Shown here: in pieces, positions 7,946 through 17,212 of the stretch
How positions within the stretch are numbered: position 1 is the first letter of the stretch
Layout: the number at the start of each line of letters is the position of its first letter
DNA from: a bacterium HR11
GTDB lineage: Bacteria; Acidobacteriota; HRBIN11
DNA: 64,000 nucleotides
Assembly: GCA_002898535.1 (NCBI GenBank)
Contig: BEHN01000001.1
Span: 261,564 to 325,563 of the forward strand
Reading direction: 5' to 3'
Program-made: the position numbers and the translations under genes
Notes under the pieces: model-generated
What the model was told of the DNA's origin: nothing
Databases searched by the model: none
The model's input: only the letters and a program-made list of their open reading frames with translations

Positions 7946-10288
7946 TCACTGGGTCACGACTTCAAAGGGGACCTGCCGCCGGGCCACGCAAGGCGGGTCG
8001 GTCGTCCGGACCTCGACCTCCAGACGGTAGCCGCCCGCCGGGAGACCCCGGTAGGGAAGCAGGAAGAAGTTCGTGACGACCTCCGGGGCCGAGCCCTGGA
8101 ACTTCAAGGTCGTCGGGGGCGTCTCGTTGACCGGTTGGCCGTCGGCCCGATACAGACGGAAGAGGACCTGCATGGCCTCGGCCTTCAAAAGTGAGGCCGG
8201 GAGCAGGACCTGATAGAGGCCCCCGAGTTGGCCCTGGGGCGGGAAGTTCTGATACGGCGTCAGCCGGATCAGGTAGTTCTTGTACTGGGCATGGCCTCCG
8301 GACGTCCACTGAAGCTGGGGCACGCTCGTGTCGGCCTGCCGGATTTCGCTACTCAGGATGAAGGTCCCGACCTCGGGGCAACTCGTGGGCCGGACGTCGG
8401 GCCACTGCCACCGGGTCGCCATCGTCTTCCAGCCGCCGGCCTCGAGGACGCCCCACACGACGGTCACGCCGGGCTGTTTGATGGACAGGACCTTCGAGTA
8501 ATGGACGGCCGCCTGGGCCTTCTCCAGCTCCGGCAGGTCTTTCAAGGGAATCTGAATCGGCAGACGCTCGTAGCCCTTATCGACGACCTTGAAGTCGGCG
8601 TCCCGGACGACCCAGGCGACGTGGATCTCGTCGTACAGGACGTCCGGCGTCGTCGTCAGGGGCGTCAGGTGCCGAATCGGGACGGCCAGACTCATGTGGA
8701 GGTCGAGCGTCTGGGGCGTCCGCCAGAGATGCCGCAGAGACATCGGGACGTCCGGCCAGGGGAAGAGGTCCGCAAAGTCGAGGGCCGCCGCCAGCTGGCG
8801 GCTCACCCGGAGAGACCAGGGGATTTCGGCATAGGCCCTCCGGGTCCGGACCCTCAGGCCGGGCCGTCGGACCTTCAACTGAATCGAATGGTGCTTGATG
8901 CTGTCGGGAAGCGACCCGAGGTCAAAGCTGATGAGGTAGTAATGCCGAAAGTCGCTCCCGATTTGCTGAAAGAACTTGTCGAGACCCGTCGGCGACGTCC
9001 AGGCCACGCCGCCCGTCTGCTCGGCGATGCCCGCCATCTGGTACTGAATGTTCACGACGTTGAACTCGGCTGTGATCGTGGGCCGGATGTTCGTCTCGGC
9101 GCCCCACTCGGGATTCGGCTGGGTCGGATTGACCCAGTAAATGGTCAGACCCGCTGTGTTGGCCGAGCGGACGATTTCCTCATAGGTGCGAACCTCAGCC
9201 GAGTAGGTACTCAATTCTCGCTGGAACTCCTGCGCGATCGAAACCTCTACCGTGGGGGGAATGTCATGCCGCTGGACGTTCCATCGGAAGGCTTGGAGTG
9301 CATACGACAGGTAGTAATTCCCCGTCGGGTCGAAGCCCTCGGAGACGAATAAGACGCTCTTCCGACCCGGCACGTGGGCCAGAAAGTCAAAGACCGTCCG
9401 GAGGGATGCCTCCAGGTTCTGGGCGACCCGCCGGTCCTCGAGGCCCATGTTGCGGGCCGTATGGAAGGCATCTCGGGCGATCTGCTCGTAGCACATCTGC
9501 CGCCGGTCGAGGTCCTCATAGATGGAGCAACCCTCGAGCCGCTCCAAGATGCCGTCGAGGGTCGAAAGCCGACTGACCGTCCACGCGGCCCCCCGCACGC
9601 CAGCCCCGACCCGCTCCAGGGTCTTCAACACCAGGTCTACGTCTTGGGTCAATCCGTGCTCGACCCGAAAGCCCCCGCTGGCGTCCAGACTCACGAACAT
9701 GAAGTAAGCCCCCATCCGGTGGAGTTCCTCCAAGAACCGGCGCAGGGATTCCTTCAGCGTGGCCAGGGTCAGGCCGCCCGTGTGGGCCTTGTCATACAGG
9801 ATGATGAACGTATTGAAGGGCGTCCTCGGCGGCACGGCGCCCGCCTGCTGATAGGGTCGGACGACCTCGCCGGTGACCTGGACCGGCGGCGGTGCCTCCG
9901 GGGTGGCCGGGGGCTTTTCGACGGCGACGAGGTCCACGTAACGGACGGGATAGGCCTTCCCGTCGACGGTCAGCTCGAAATCTTCGGGCTTGAGGCCGTA
10001 TACGAATTGGCCCTTATCGTCGTAAACGAAGACCTCGACCTGCCCCAGACGGACCTCAACCCGAGCCTGGGCACCCGGGAAGGTGTAGACCTGCTCTTGC
10101 GGGGACGGCGGCTTCGGCGTCTCCTGGGCCGGGACCGGCAGGACGCTCCACAGCCAAAGGGACAGGAGGATGAGGCAGATAGGCAAGTGGGCAGGTGGGC
10201 AGGTGGGACGGTAAGGAGCGCCGGCCTCCGGCCCGTGAGAAGATGACGAGCCGGAAACGGCGCGACGATGGGATGGTATAGGCCTCAT
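7946..10288 (-). CDS. VWFA-domain protein of the Acidobacterial TIGR03436 type, secreted/membrane-anchored
   Basis: About 780 aa. The N-terminal signal/TM segment is LPICLILLSLWLWSVLPVPAQE, and the VWA-like core carries FVSLDASGG and LFVSEGFD motifs. The listed ORF extends to 10426, but the ATG at 10288 (MRPIPS) is the more plausible start. Confidence 0.65.
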   Translation of the reverse strand: MRPIPSHRRAVSGSSSSHGPEAGAPYRPTCPPAHLPICLILLSLWLWSVLPVPAQETPKPPSPQEQVYTFPGAQARVEVRLGQVEVFVYDDKGQFVYGLKPEDFELTVDGKAYPVRYVDLVAVEKPPATPEAPPPVQVTGEVVRPYQQAGAVPPRTPFNTFIILYDKAHTGGLTLATLKESLRRFLEELHRMGAYFMFVSLDASGGFRVEHGLTQDVDLVLKTLERVGAGVRGAAWTVSRLSTLDGILERLEGCSIYEDLDRRQMCYEQIARDAFHTARNMGLEDRRVAQNLEASLRTVFDFLAHVPGRKSVLFVSEGFDPTGNYYLSYALQAFRWNVQRHDIPPTVEVSIAQEFQRELSTYSAEVRTYEEIVRSANTAGLTIYWVNPTQPNPEWGAETNIRPTITAEFNVVNIQYQMAGIAEQTGGVAWTSPTGLDKFFQQIGSDFRHYYLISFDLGSLPDSIKHHSIQLKVRRPGLRVRTRRAYAEIPWSLRVSRQLAAALDFADLFPWPDVPMSLRHLWRTPQTLDLHMSLAVPIRHLTPLTTTPDVLYDEIHVAWVVRDADFKVVDKGYERLPIQIPLKDLPELEKAQAAVHYSKVLSIKQPGVTVVWGVLEAGGWKTMATRWQWPDVRPTSCPEVGTFILSSEIRQADTSVPQLQWTSGGHAQYKNYLIRLTPYQNFPPQGQLGGLYQVLLPASLLKAEAMQVLFRLYRADGQPVNETPPTTLKFQGSAPEVVTNFFLLPYRGLPAGGYRLEVEVRTTDPPCVARRQVPFEVVTQ

Positions 10289-10462
10289 GGAGCCACCTCC
10301 CGGGGTGCGGACGGACGAAACCCGGCACCCGATCCCTGGCACCTCCATTATAGCGCGGGGGGAATCGTGGGGGATTGGGGACCCGGCGTCGGGTAAGTGG
10401 AGGCGCATGGGGGCGCCGCCGTTCAAGGCGACGCCCCCAAAAGAGGGCCTTAGGCGTTCACG

Positions 10463-13400
10463 TTACCAGCTGAAACGCAGACCCAGACGGAGCGCAAAGG
10501 GCGCCGAGCGGCGCGTCACCCGCCCGTAGTCGGGGTTCGTCGGAGCACCCGTTTCTTCGAATTCCAGCATTTCAAGTTCTACGTTCTGCTGGTAATTCGT
10601 CGCCGCCTGCCGGTTGAAGATGTTGAAGGCGTCGACCACGAGGGCCAGCCGACGGCCCCCGCCCAGCTTGAAGGTGTAATCCGCATGCACGTCCGCATTG
10701 AAGATCGTCTCGGTCCGCTTGACCAACTTCCCTTCCGGCGTCTGGATGCCCGTGCCCCGCTTCTGGAGGTACCGCATGCCGCAACCGTACAGAGTGATGC
10801 AACCATTCGGCGCCAGCGGCGTGCCTGACTCGACCGACAGGCCGACGCCCAGGTTCAGGCCGAAGTTAAAGCTGTAGGACCCAAAGATCCGGGCCACGTG
10901 GAGACGCTCACCCGGTAGCGGCCCGTCTATGTACGTGAAGCCCATGATATTGTCGTTCTGGGGGAAGTCATAGAGCGCCGTGATGTTCGGGTCCGACTGA
11001 CCGTACTCGGGGAAGTAGAGACCCGAGTAATGGCCCCGCAGGGTCGCATAGCGGTATGCCGCCTGGACCTGCCAGTTCTTGCTGAACCGCTTCGTGACGG
11101 CCAACTCGAAAGCGTTGTAGTCCCGCTTGGGGTCCGGGAACAACTGACCGGGACTGCTACAACCCAGAACGACTCCAAGGCTTGGGTCGTAAAACTTCAC
11201 GTCATCGCCCGGATTACACACGTACTTGGCGCTCGGGTTCGTCACGACGAAGGTCCCAAAGTCGACGGGCAGACCCGACTGGGATTCGCCCGTCACGAAA
11301 ATGTCCTGGGCCGTGTTGAGCTGGGTGTCCTCGATGACCTGGCCGATCCAGCGACGCTGATAGCGGGCCGACACGACGATATCTTCGAAGACCTGCCGCT
11401 CGAAGCCGACGGTGAACTCGTGCACGTGCTGGGCCTTCATCTTCACGCCCTTGCACCAGGGCTCGTCACTGACCTCCTGACCCGTCGCCTTGTCGATGAA
11501 GGACTTGCCGTCGCACCAGATCGTCGGCGTGGCGCCGTACTCGATGGCCGCGTACTGAAGACTCAGGTTCGTGATGTAGTCCAGCCAGGCGAAGGGGTCG
11601 GCGTTCAGGGGAGCGGCCGAGAAGATATCGATCGACTCTTCCGACGACAGAGACCGGAACACGGCGTCCAGGGGGATCTTCTCATAGAAACGCCCGTAGT
11701 AGGCGTAAATCTTGCCCTTCCGGTCGTTCAGGAAGTCCCACACGAAGCCGACCCGCGGGGACCAGTTGTTCGACAACGTGACCTCCTGCGCTAAGTCGCC
11801 GGCGCCTTTCAGGTGCTGGCGCTCCCACCGGACGCCGAGCTTGAGGGTCAGGTTCGGCAGGATGCTCCAGCTGTCCTGCGCAAAGAAGTTCAGGTAGTCC
11901 GTCGAGACCTCGAGGGTGTTCGGGCTGACCCGGTTCCGCCGTAAGTCCACCCGGGCACAGGGCCGACTAAAGCCGAGAGCCGTGCAGATCCCGCTGTTGA
12001 AAGTCCGCCACCGGATGATATTGCCCGTCGTCGTGCACTTCTCCTTGATCGTCCCCGTCGCCGCATCATAGAACTGGAAGCAGTGCTTCTCGCCCGTGTA
12101 GTTCGTCGTGTGCTCGTACTCCAGCCGCTGGAAGTTGCCGCCGATCTTAAACTCGTGCCGTCCGGCCAGGTTCGGGACGATATAAGTCAATTTTAAAGCG
12201 CCCTGCAGGTTGCGGTTCTTATCGACGGAAGCAAATCCCAGACCGCCATACAGCCGAGACGGCGTCGTCCGGAGGTCGATGATGGACTCGATATTCGCAT
12301 AGTCTTTCTCGGTCGTTTCGTCAAAGTGGTTCGCCACCTGCGCCTCGACCAGGACGTTGGACCCGAACATGCCCGTCCAGCGGCCGACCTGATTGTGACC
12401 GCCAAACCTCAAGGCTTCTTCTACGTTGGCCTGAATGTCCCGCAGGAAGCTCTCGTCACGCCACAGGCCCTTGTCGCCCACGCCGGGGTCGCCAAACAGG
12501 GAGACTTCCAGGATGTGGTTGGGGTTGACGTTGAACGTGAGCTTGCCGGCGTAGTTGTAGATCCGACGGGTCGTCGTGTGACCCGATTTCTCGCAGAACT
12601 GCTCCTCGGGCCCACAGGGGCTCAGGGGGAATCCGGGCGGGGCGACCCGCTCGACCTGATTCCACGTCGGGTCGAAGGCCAGAAACCAGAACAGCTTGTC
12701 CTGGACGAGCTTGCCGCCGGCGTCAAAGCCCACGTCAAACTGCTGGGTCCCGATGGTATAAACCTCCGGTACTTGAACCAGCTGGATGTGCTCCCGCTTG
12801 GCTTCCAGGGCCTTCGGCTGAATATACCCGAAGACGTCGCCCGTAAAGGTGTTCCCGCCCGACTTCGTGATGACGTTGATGACGCCGCCGAGGGCCTCCC
12901 CGAATTCAGCTTCGTAGCCGCCCGTCTTGACCTGCACTTCCTTCACGTAGTCGAAGTTGATGCCCGTCCCGAGCGAACCCAGGACGATGGAGTAGCTCCC
13001 CAGAGCACCGTAAGCGGCATTCGTGATGTTCACGCCGTCCACGATGTAGGTGTTCTCCAGACCCGTCGCACCGGCGATCGAGGGATTCGGCGCCCCGACG
13101 GCCGCCGGACCCGTGACGACCTGCGGGGAAATGTACGTCACGGCCGAGAAGGTCCGTCCGACGGGGACGCTCCGCATCAGTTCGTCGGTCACCGTCGTTC
13201 CCGCCGTCGTGGCCGTGATGTCCACGACCGGCGCCGCCGTGACGACGACCTCGGCCCCCGGCTGGAGCGTCACGTTCAACGTGATCCGTTGGCCCAGCGA
13301 CAGCGTCACCGGCGCCTTGAACGGCGCAAACCCCTCGAGCCGGACCTCGACATCATACCGGCCCGGCGTCAGGAAGGGAATCGAAAATTCCCCGTTGGCG

Positions 13401-13585
13401 TCCGTCACGGCCGAGCGTTTGACGCCCGTCTCGGACGTCGCCGTCACCGTCGCCCCCGGCAGGGGCGCACCCTGCGGGTCCACGACCTTCCCGAAGATCG
13501 AGCCGGTCGTGACGCTCTCCTGCGCCCAGGCCACGCCCCAGGCGACGACGGCCAGGAGTCCCAGCCAAATCGCCATCCTTCGCAT
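10463..13585 (-). CDS. TonB-dependent outer-membrane receptor with N-terminal carboxypeptidase-regulatory-like (CarboxypepD_reg) domain
   Basis: 1040 aa. Signal peptide MRRMAIWLGLLAVVAWGVAWAQ, followed by a CarboxypepD_reg domain (GSIFGKVVDPQGAPLPGATVTATSETG ... ANGEFSIPFLTPGRYDVEV) and a plug domain (TYIVDGVNIT). The C-terminus ends in an aromatic beta-barrel residue (LRLGLRFSW). Confidence 0.8.
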   Translation of the reverse strand: MRRMAIWLGLLAVVAWGVAWAQESVTTGSIFGKVVDPQGAPLPGATVTATSETGVKRSAVTDANGEFSIPFLTPGRYDVEVRLEGFAPFKAPVTLSLGQRITLNVTLQPGAEVVVTAAPVVDITATTAGTTVTDELMRSVPVGRTFSAVTYISPQVVTGPAAVGAPNPSIAGATGLENTYIVDGVNITNAAYGALGSYSIVLGSLGTGINFDYVKEVQVKTGGYEAEFGEALGGVINVITKSGGNTFTGDVFGYIQPKALEAKREHIQLVQVPEVYTIGTQQFDVGFDAGGKLVQDKLFWFLAFDPTWNQVERVAPPGFPLSPCGPEEQFCEKSGHTTTRRIYNYAGKLTFNVNPNHILEVSLFGDPGVGDKGLWRDESFLRDIQANVEEALRFGGHNQVGRWTGMFGSNVLVEAQVANHFDETTEKDYANIESIIDLRTTPSRLYGGLGFASVDKNRNLQGALKLTYIVPNLAGRHEFKIGGNFQRLEYEHTTNYTGEKHCFQFYDAATGTIKEKCTTTGNIIRWRTFNSGICTALGFSRPCARVDLRRNRVSPNTLEVSTDYLNFFAQDSWSILPNLTLKLGVRWERQHLKGAGDLAQEVTLSNNWSPRVGFVWDFLNDRKGKIYAYYGRFYEKIPLDAVFRSLSSEESIDIFSAAPLNADPFAWLDYITNLSLQYAAIEYGATPTIWCDGKSFIDKATGQEVSDEPWCKGVKMKAQHVHEFTVGFERQVFEDIVVSARYQRRWIGQVIEDTQLNTAQDIFVTGESQSGLPVDFGTFVVTNPSAKYVCNPGDDVKFYDPSLGVVLGCSSPGQLFPDPKRDYNAFELAVTKRFSKNWQVQAAYRYATLRGHYSGLYFPEYGQSDPNITALYDFPQNDNIMGFTYIDGPLPGERLHVARIFGSYSFNFGLNLGVGLSVESGTPLAPNGCITLYGCGMRYLQKRGTGIQTPEGKLVKRTETIFNADVHADYTFKLGGGRRLALVVDAFNIFNRQAATNYQQNVELEMLEFEETGAPTNPDYGRVTRRSAPFALRLGLRFSW

Positions 13586-13628
13586 AGATGCCTCCTTTTT
13601 AGAAATGCAGAAGACCTAAGACCCTATC

Positions 13629-13700
13629 CAGAGCCGCTCGGTTCGTGAGAATGACATCAGAACCACCTTTCCCATCCCCCGGGAAGCACGATTTTTCAAA
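13629..13700. repeat. Repeat family A, truncated half-copy
   Basis: cagagccgctcggttcgtgagaatgacatcagaaccacctttcccatcccccgggaagcacgatttttcaaag matches the right arm of family A in reverse orientation. Confidence 0.65.
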
Positions 13701-14480
13701 GGGACGGAGTGACGATGTAAGCCTGCCCGTCGGCCCAGGACCGTGGCTCGTCCCTTCGTCCCTTCAAAAAACCGTCCTCCGACTCTTTTGCCGCACGCCC
13801 ATCCTCAAATCCCGGCTTCTCGGTCCTCCGCCCCTCCCGGGACCCAACACGTTGTATCCTGCACTTTGGGGGTCTTGATTACAAGCAAAAAGCGTTCCGG
13901 AACGGCGGGCACACCGGGGCCCATCCGGATTCCGCATCAGAGGCCGATCGGGCCCGACCTCCGCCCCAGGCCCTCGACCCGCTCCGACGTCCATTTTTTT
14001 GAATCCCCCGGCAGGGTATCCAAAAAATTGAACGTAGGGCCATGGGCAGATAGCAGAGCCGCGACGCAGGGTCGGACCCGCGTCCCATCGCACCGACGGC
14101 TGATGGATCGGACCGGCCGTAGTTTGACAACTGCGGGGGCTTCCGGTACCATAAAGCGAAGTGGGGTCGGCTCGTTTCAGCCGCGCGGGGGCTTTCAGGA
14201 CGGTGTCCAACGGAGGTTAAAATTTGTTTTATCCGATTTGTAATCCCAAGCCGACATCAGTCCAGGACGGGATGTGCGCCTTACTTAGAGCGTATTTCAA
14301 AAACTCCATTTCACCGCTGAGACGCCGAGAACGCAGAGAAAAATCGAAGAAACACCCTCGGCCTCTGCGTCCTCTGCGCCTCGGCGGTGAGTTTTGGAAC
14401 AGGCTCTAAGGGTCCTGTTAAGGTGAAAGGTCGACGGAAACGGAAGGCCATCTTATGAAATCTCGTCGAGGAGGACGAAC

Positions 14481-14984
14481 ATGGCCAGCAAACTCATGGT
14501 CGGCGAGGCTCTGGTCGGCGACGGCAACGAGGTCGCCCACATCGACCTGATCATCGGTCCGAAGGACGGGCCGGTCGGACAGGCTTTTGCGAATGCCTTT
14601 GTGAGCCAGCGGGCGGGCCACACGGCCCTCCTGGCGGTCGTCGCCCCGAACCTGCCTGCGAAACCTGACGTCGTGATCGTCAACAAGGTCACGATCAAGG
14701 GGGAAAAGCAGGCGGTCCAGATGTTCGGTCCGGCGCAGGAGGCCGTGGCCCGGGCGGTCGTCGATTCGGTCAAGGAAGGGGTCATCCCCAAAGATCAAGT
14801 CGACGACCTGTGTCTGGTCGTCGGGGTGTTCATCCACTGGGAAGCCCAGGACAACAAGAAGATTTATGACTTCAACTACCAGGCCACGAAGCTGGCCATC
14901 GCTCGGGCCCTCAAGGGCGAGCCGAAGGCTGACTATGTGATCCAGCAGGCGGCCACGACGACGCATCCCTTCCGGGGATTCTAA
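14481..14984 (+). CDS. fae: Formaldehyde-activating enzyme (5,6,7,8-tetrahydromethanopterin hydro-lyase)
   Basis: 167 aa with near-colinear similarity to methylotroph Fae ([20 protein letters not shown] ... [10 protein letters not shown] ... [18 protein letters not shown] ... VGVFIHWEA ... ATHPF). A strong RBS gaggagg lies upstream. Confidence 0.9.
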   Translation: MASKLMVGEALVGDGNEVAHIDLIIGPKDGPVGQAFANAFVSQRAGHTALLAVVAPNLPAKPDVVIVNKVTIKGEKQAVQMFGPAQEAVARAVVDSVKEGVIPKDQVDDLCLVVGVFIHWEAQDNKKIYDFNYQATKLAIARALKGEPKADYVIQQAATTTHPFRGF

Positions 14985-14995
14985 TCATTCATTTA

Positions 14996-15052
14996 TGTGT
15001 CGGGTGCTGGGTGTTCGGTCGGGTGCCCTGACCCGACACCCAGCACCGTCTC
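14996..15052 (+). terminator. Long near-perfect hairpin immediately downstream of fae (putative intrinsic terminator)
   Basis: gtgtcgggtgctgggtgttcggtcgggtgccctgacccgacacccagcaccg forms a ~20-bp stem starting 11 nt after the fae stop codon. Confidence 0.45.
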
Positions 15053-15187
15053 GTATCCCGCATCCCGTATCCCGCATTTCGTATCCGGGTGTCTCGGTCG
15101 GAGACTTTCTCTCATAGGGCCTTACCTGGGAGCATGGGCCTTTTCAAGCGTGGTGACGAAGTCCAGGGACGCATAACGAGAGCCAGT

Positions 15188-15327
15188 CTCATCAATCCGA
15201 CGGGACGGGGATCGGACCCTCGATATCCGACCCCAGACCGTAGACCACAGACCATAGACCATGGACCTTAGACCCCGTGGGTCTAAGCCGGTCTGTGGTC
15301 TGGGGTCGATGGTCGGATTTATGAGAT
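15188..15327. repeat. Repeat family B copy with terminal inverted repeats (tctcatcaatccgac / gtcggatttatgaga)
   Basis: Central ccccagaccgtagaccacagaccatagaccatggacc is mirrored by ggtctgtggtctggggtcgatggtc. Confidence 0.7.
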
Positions 15328-15382
15328 CGCTTGGAGGGACGGGATTCAGGTCATGCATGCGTCCTCGGCCTGGGGAACCTAA

Positions 15383-15627
15383 CAGAACCGTTCGGTTCAT
15401 GAGAATGGCGTCAGAACAATCTTTCCCATCCCCCGGAAAGCACGATGTTTCAAGCATTTGGCAGATGGGCCGTCGGCAGATAGGCAAGTCGGCCGATGGG
15501 CCGGTCGGGCGACTGCCCATCTGCCGACCTGCCGATTGGCCCATCTGCCGAGTGCTTGAAAAATCGTGCTTTCGTGGAGGTGCCCTTTCCGCTTCCCATC
15601 GCACTTCTCACCTCCCGAACGGCTCTG
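15383..15627. repeat. Repeat family A, full copy in inverted orientation
   Basis: Starts cagaaccgttcggttcatgagaatggcg and ends cacctcccgaacggctctg. The internal ggcagat(a/g)ggc... palindrome is conserved. Confidence 0.8.
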
Positions 15628-15666
15628 CTAAGTTGAACGCCCAACACCCGGCACCTGACACCTACG

Positions 15667-16422
15667 ATGGGTCGTCTGGCGGGATTGAAAGCCGTCGTCA
15701 CGGGGGGCAGTAGCGGCATCGGTCGGGCCATCGCGGAGGCCTTCGCCCAAGAGGGCGCCACAGTCTTGCTGACTTATCGGGTCTCGGCCGAGGCGGCGCA
15801 GGAAGTCGTCCAGGCGATTCAGGCCCGGGGCGGCCAGGCCGAGGCTTTCCAGGTCGACCTGAGCACGCGGGCGGCCTGCGAGGCCCTCGTCCGAGAGGCC
15901 CATGCCCGGCTCGGCCGTCTGGACGTCTGGGTCAACAACGCCGGGGCCGACATCCTGACGACGGAGGCGGCTGGGTGGGACTGGGAGCGGAAGCTGGACC
16001 TGCTCTTGGCCGTCGACCTGAAGGGGACGATCGCCTGCTGTTATGCCGTGGCGCCCCTCATGCAGGCCCAGGCCGAGGGCGGTTGCATCCTGAATATGAG
16101 TTGGGACCATGTCCTGTTCGGCATGGCCGGCGAGAACCCCCAGCTCTTTGCGGCCGTCAAGGGGGCCATCTTTTCTTTCAGCAAGAGCCTGGCCCGGGCG
16201 TTGGCCCCGAAGGTCCGGGTCAACGTCCTGGCCCCGGGCTGGATCGAGACCCGCTTTGGAGCGACCGTCGACCCGAAGTTTCACCGCGCTGTCGCCGACA
16301 GCATTCCCCTCCGCCGGTGGGGGCGGCCGGAGGACGTCGCCGCCGTCGCCGTCTTTCTGGCTTCCCCGGAGGCGACCTATCTGACGGGGCAGGCGATCTT
16401 GATCAACGGGGGCGTGATATAA
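15667..16422 (+). CDS. Short-chain dehydrogenase/reductase (SDR) family protein, atypical active site
   Basis: 251 aa with TGGSSGIGRAIA (NAD(P)-binding) and NNAG motifs. The canonical YxxxK appears as FAAVK, a Tyr-to-Phe change based on my hand alignment to classical SDRs. Confidence 0.85.
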   Translation: MGRLAGLKAVVTGGSSGIGRAIAEAFAQEGATVLLTYRVSAEAAQEVVQAIQARGGQAEAFQVDLSTRAACEALVREAHARLGRLDVWVNNAGADILTTEAAGWDWERKLDLLLAVDLKGTIACCYAVAPLMQAQAEGGCILNMSWDHVLFGMAGENPQLFAAVKGAIFSFSKSLARALAPKVRVNVLAPGWIETRFGATVDPKFHRAVADSIPLRRWGRPEDVAAVAVFLASPEATYLTGQAILINGGVI

Positions 16423-16423
16423 T

Positions 16424-16528
16424 ATTCGGGAATTCGGGAGTTCGGGCATTCGGCCGTCGGGCCGTCGGGCCGTTCGGGCGCCGCCCGACTTCCCACGGCC
16501 GGACTGCTGAATTCCCGGTATCCTTCCG
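16424..16528. repeat. Repeat family D: tandem GAATTCCCG / TTCGGGC-type short repeats
   Basis: attcgggaattcgggagttcgggcattcggccgtcgggccgtcgggccgttcgggc ... gaattcccgg. Related blocks are at 22830-22875, 47168-47325 and 57796-57885. Confidence 0.6.
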
Positions 16529-16569
16529 CCGACCGCCCCTCATGACCCGAAATTCTCAGGAGGGCGGTC

Positions 16570-16935
16570 ATGGCACGACCCCAATTGAAGGTTTACTCGG
16601 AAGAGGAGATCCAGGTCAAGCTCAAGGAGATGGGCCTCGACGAGTGGTACTACGAGGACGGCTGGCTCCGGCGCAAATACAATACCGACGGCTGGCCGAC
16701 GACCCTGATGCTCGTCAACGCCATCGGGTACCTCGCCGAGGCGGCCTGGCATCACCCGGACCTGTCCGTCACGTGGGGCAAGCTTTGGGTCAAGCTCCGC
16801 ACGCATCACGCCAACGGCATCACCGACAAGGACTTCGAGCTGGCCCGGAAGATCGAAGACGTCGTCCTCTGGCGGCCGGGCCCCGAGAGTGCCCTCGAAG
16901 GCACGCCCAACAAGTTCGTCTTCAGTAAGAAGTAG
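16570..16935 (+). CDS. Pterin-4a-carbinolamine dehydratase (PCD/DCoH family)
   Basis: 121 aa with the PCD signature EAAWHHPDLSVTWGKLWVKLRTHHANGITDKD. Confidence 0.85.
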   Translation: MARPQLKVYSEEEIQVKLKEMGLDEWYYEDGWLRRKYNTDGWPTTLMLVNAIGYLAEAAWHHPDLSVTWGKLWVKLRTHHANGITDKDFELARKIEDVVLWRPGPESALEGTPNKFVFSKK

Positions 16936-17212
16936 GTGTCGGGTTGGACAGGGGGGCGTCCGTCCCAACGTTCAGGCCACGTACCCGGGTCCTGGGGACC
17001 GGCGAGGACGGTTTGAAGTCCGCCCTGACTCACGCTACGTCGGTGGGTGGGCAGGACCGCTTGTGGGACAGGACATGTCCGATGTGCGTGTTTGAATGGA
17101 AGACGCTTGCAGGACGGCGAGGACCCGGTGTTTTTCGACGCTGTTATGGGAGTTCACGGGAGGGACGCCGGGCCCGGGACCCGGGACCTGACACTCGGGA
17201 CCTTTTCGTGGG

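Noticed and set aside
8228-9352. 374-aa plus-strand ORF antisense to the VWFA gene. Similar cases are 11030-11794 and 12326-13648 antisense to the TonB-dependent receptor, 14418-14966 antisense to fae, 17801-18565 and 18502-19395 antisense to the H4MPT genes, 24594-26216 antisense to ilvB, 26867-28009 antisense to ilvC, and 46219-46797 and 47028-48767 antisense to the SGNH hydrolase and priA
   Set aside because: All have featureless R/G/P/D-rich translations typical of GC-rich antisense frames. Each overlaps a gene with strong family signatures.
13743-14243. 166-aa and overlapping minus-strand ORFs in the fae upstream region
   Set aside because: Low-complexity P/R/S-rich translations in a region with no RBS and mixed composition. 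They are treated as non-coding leader.
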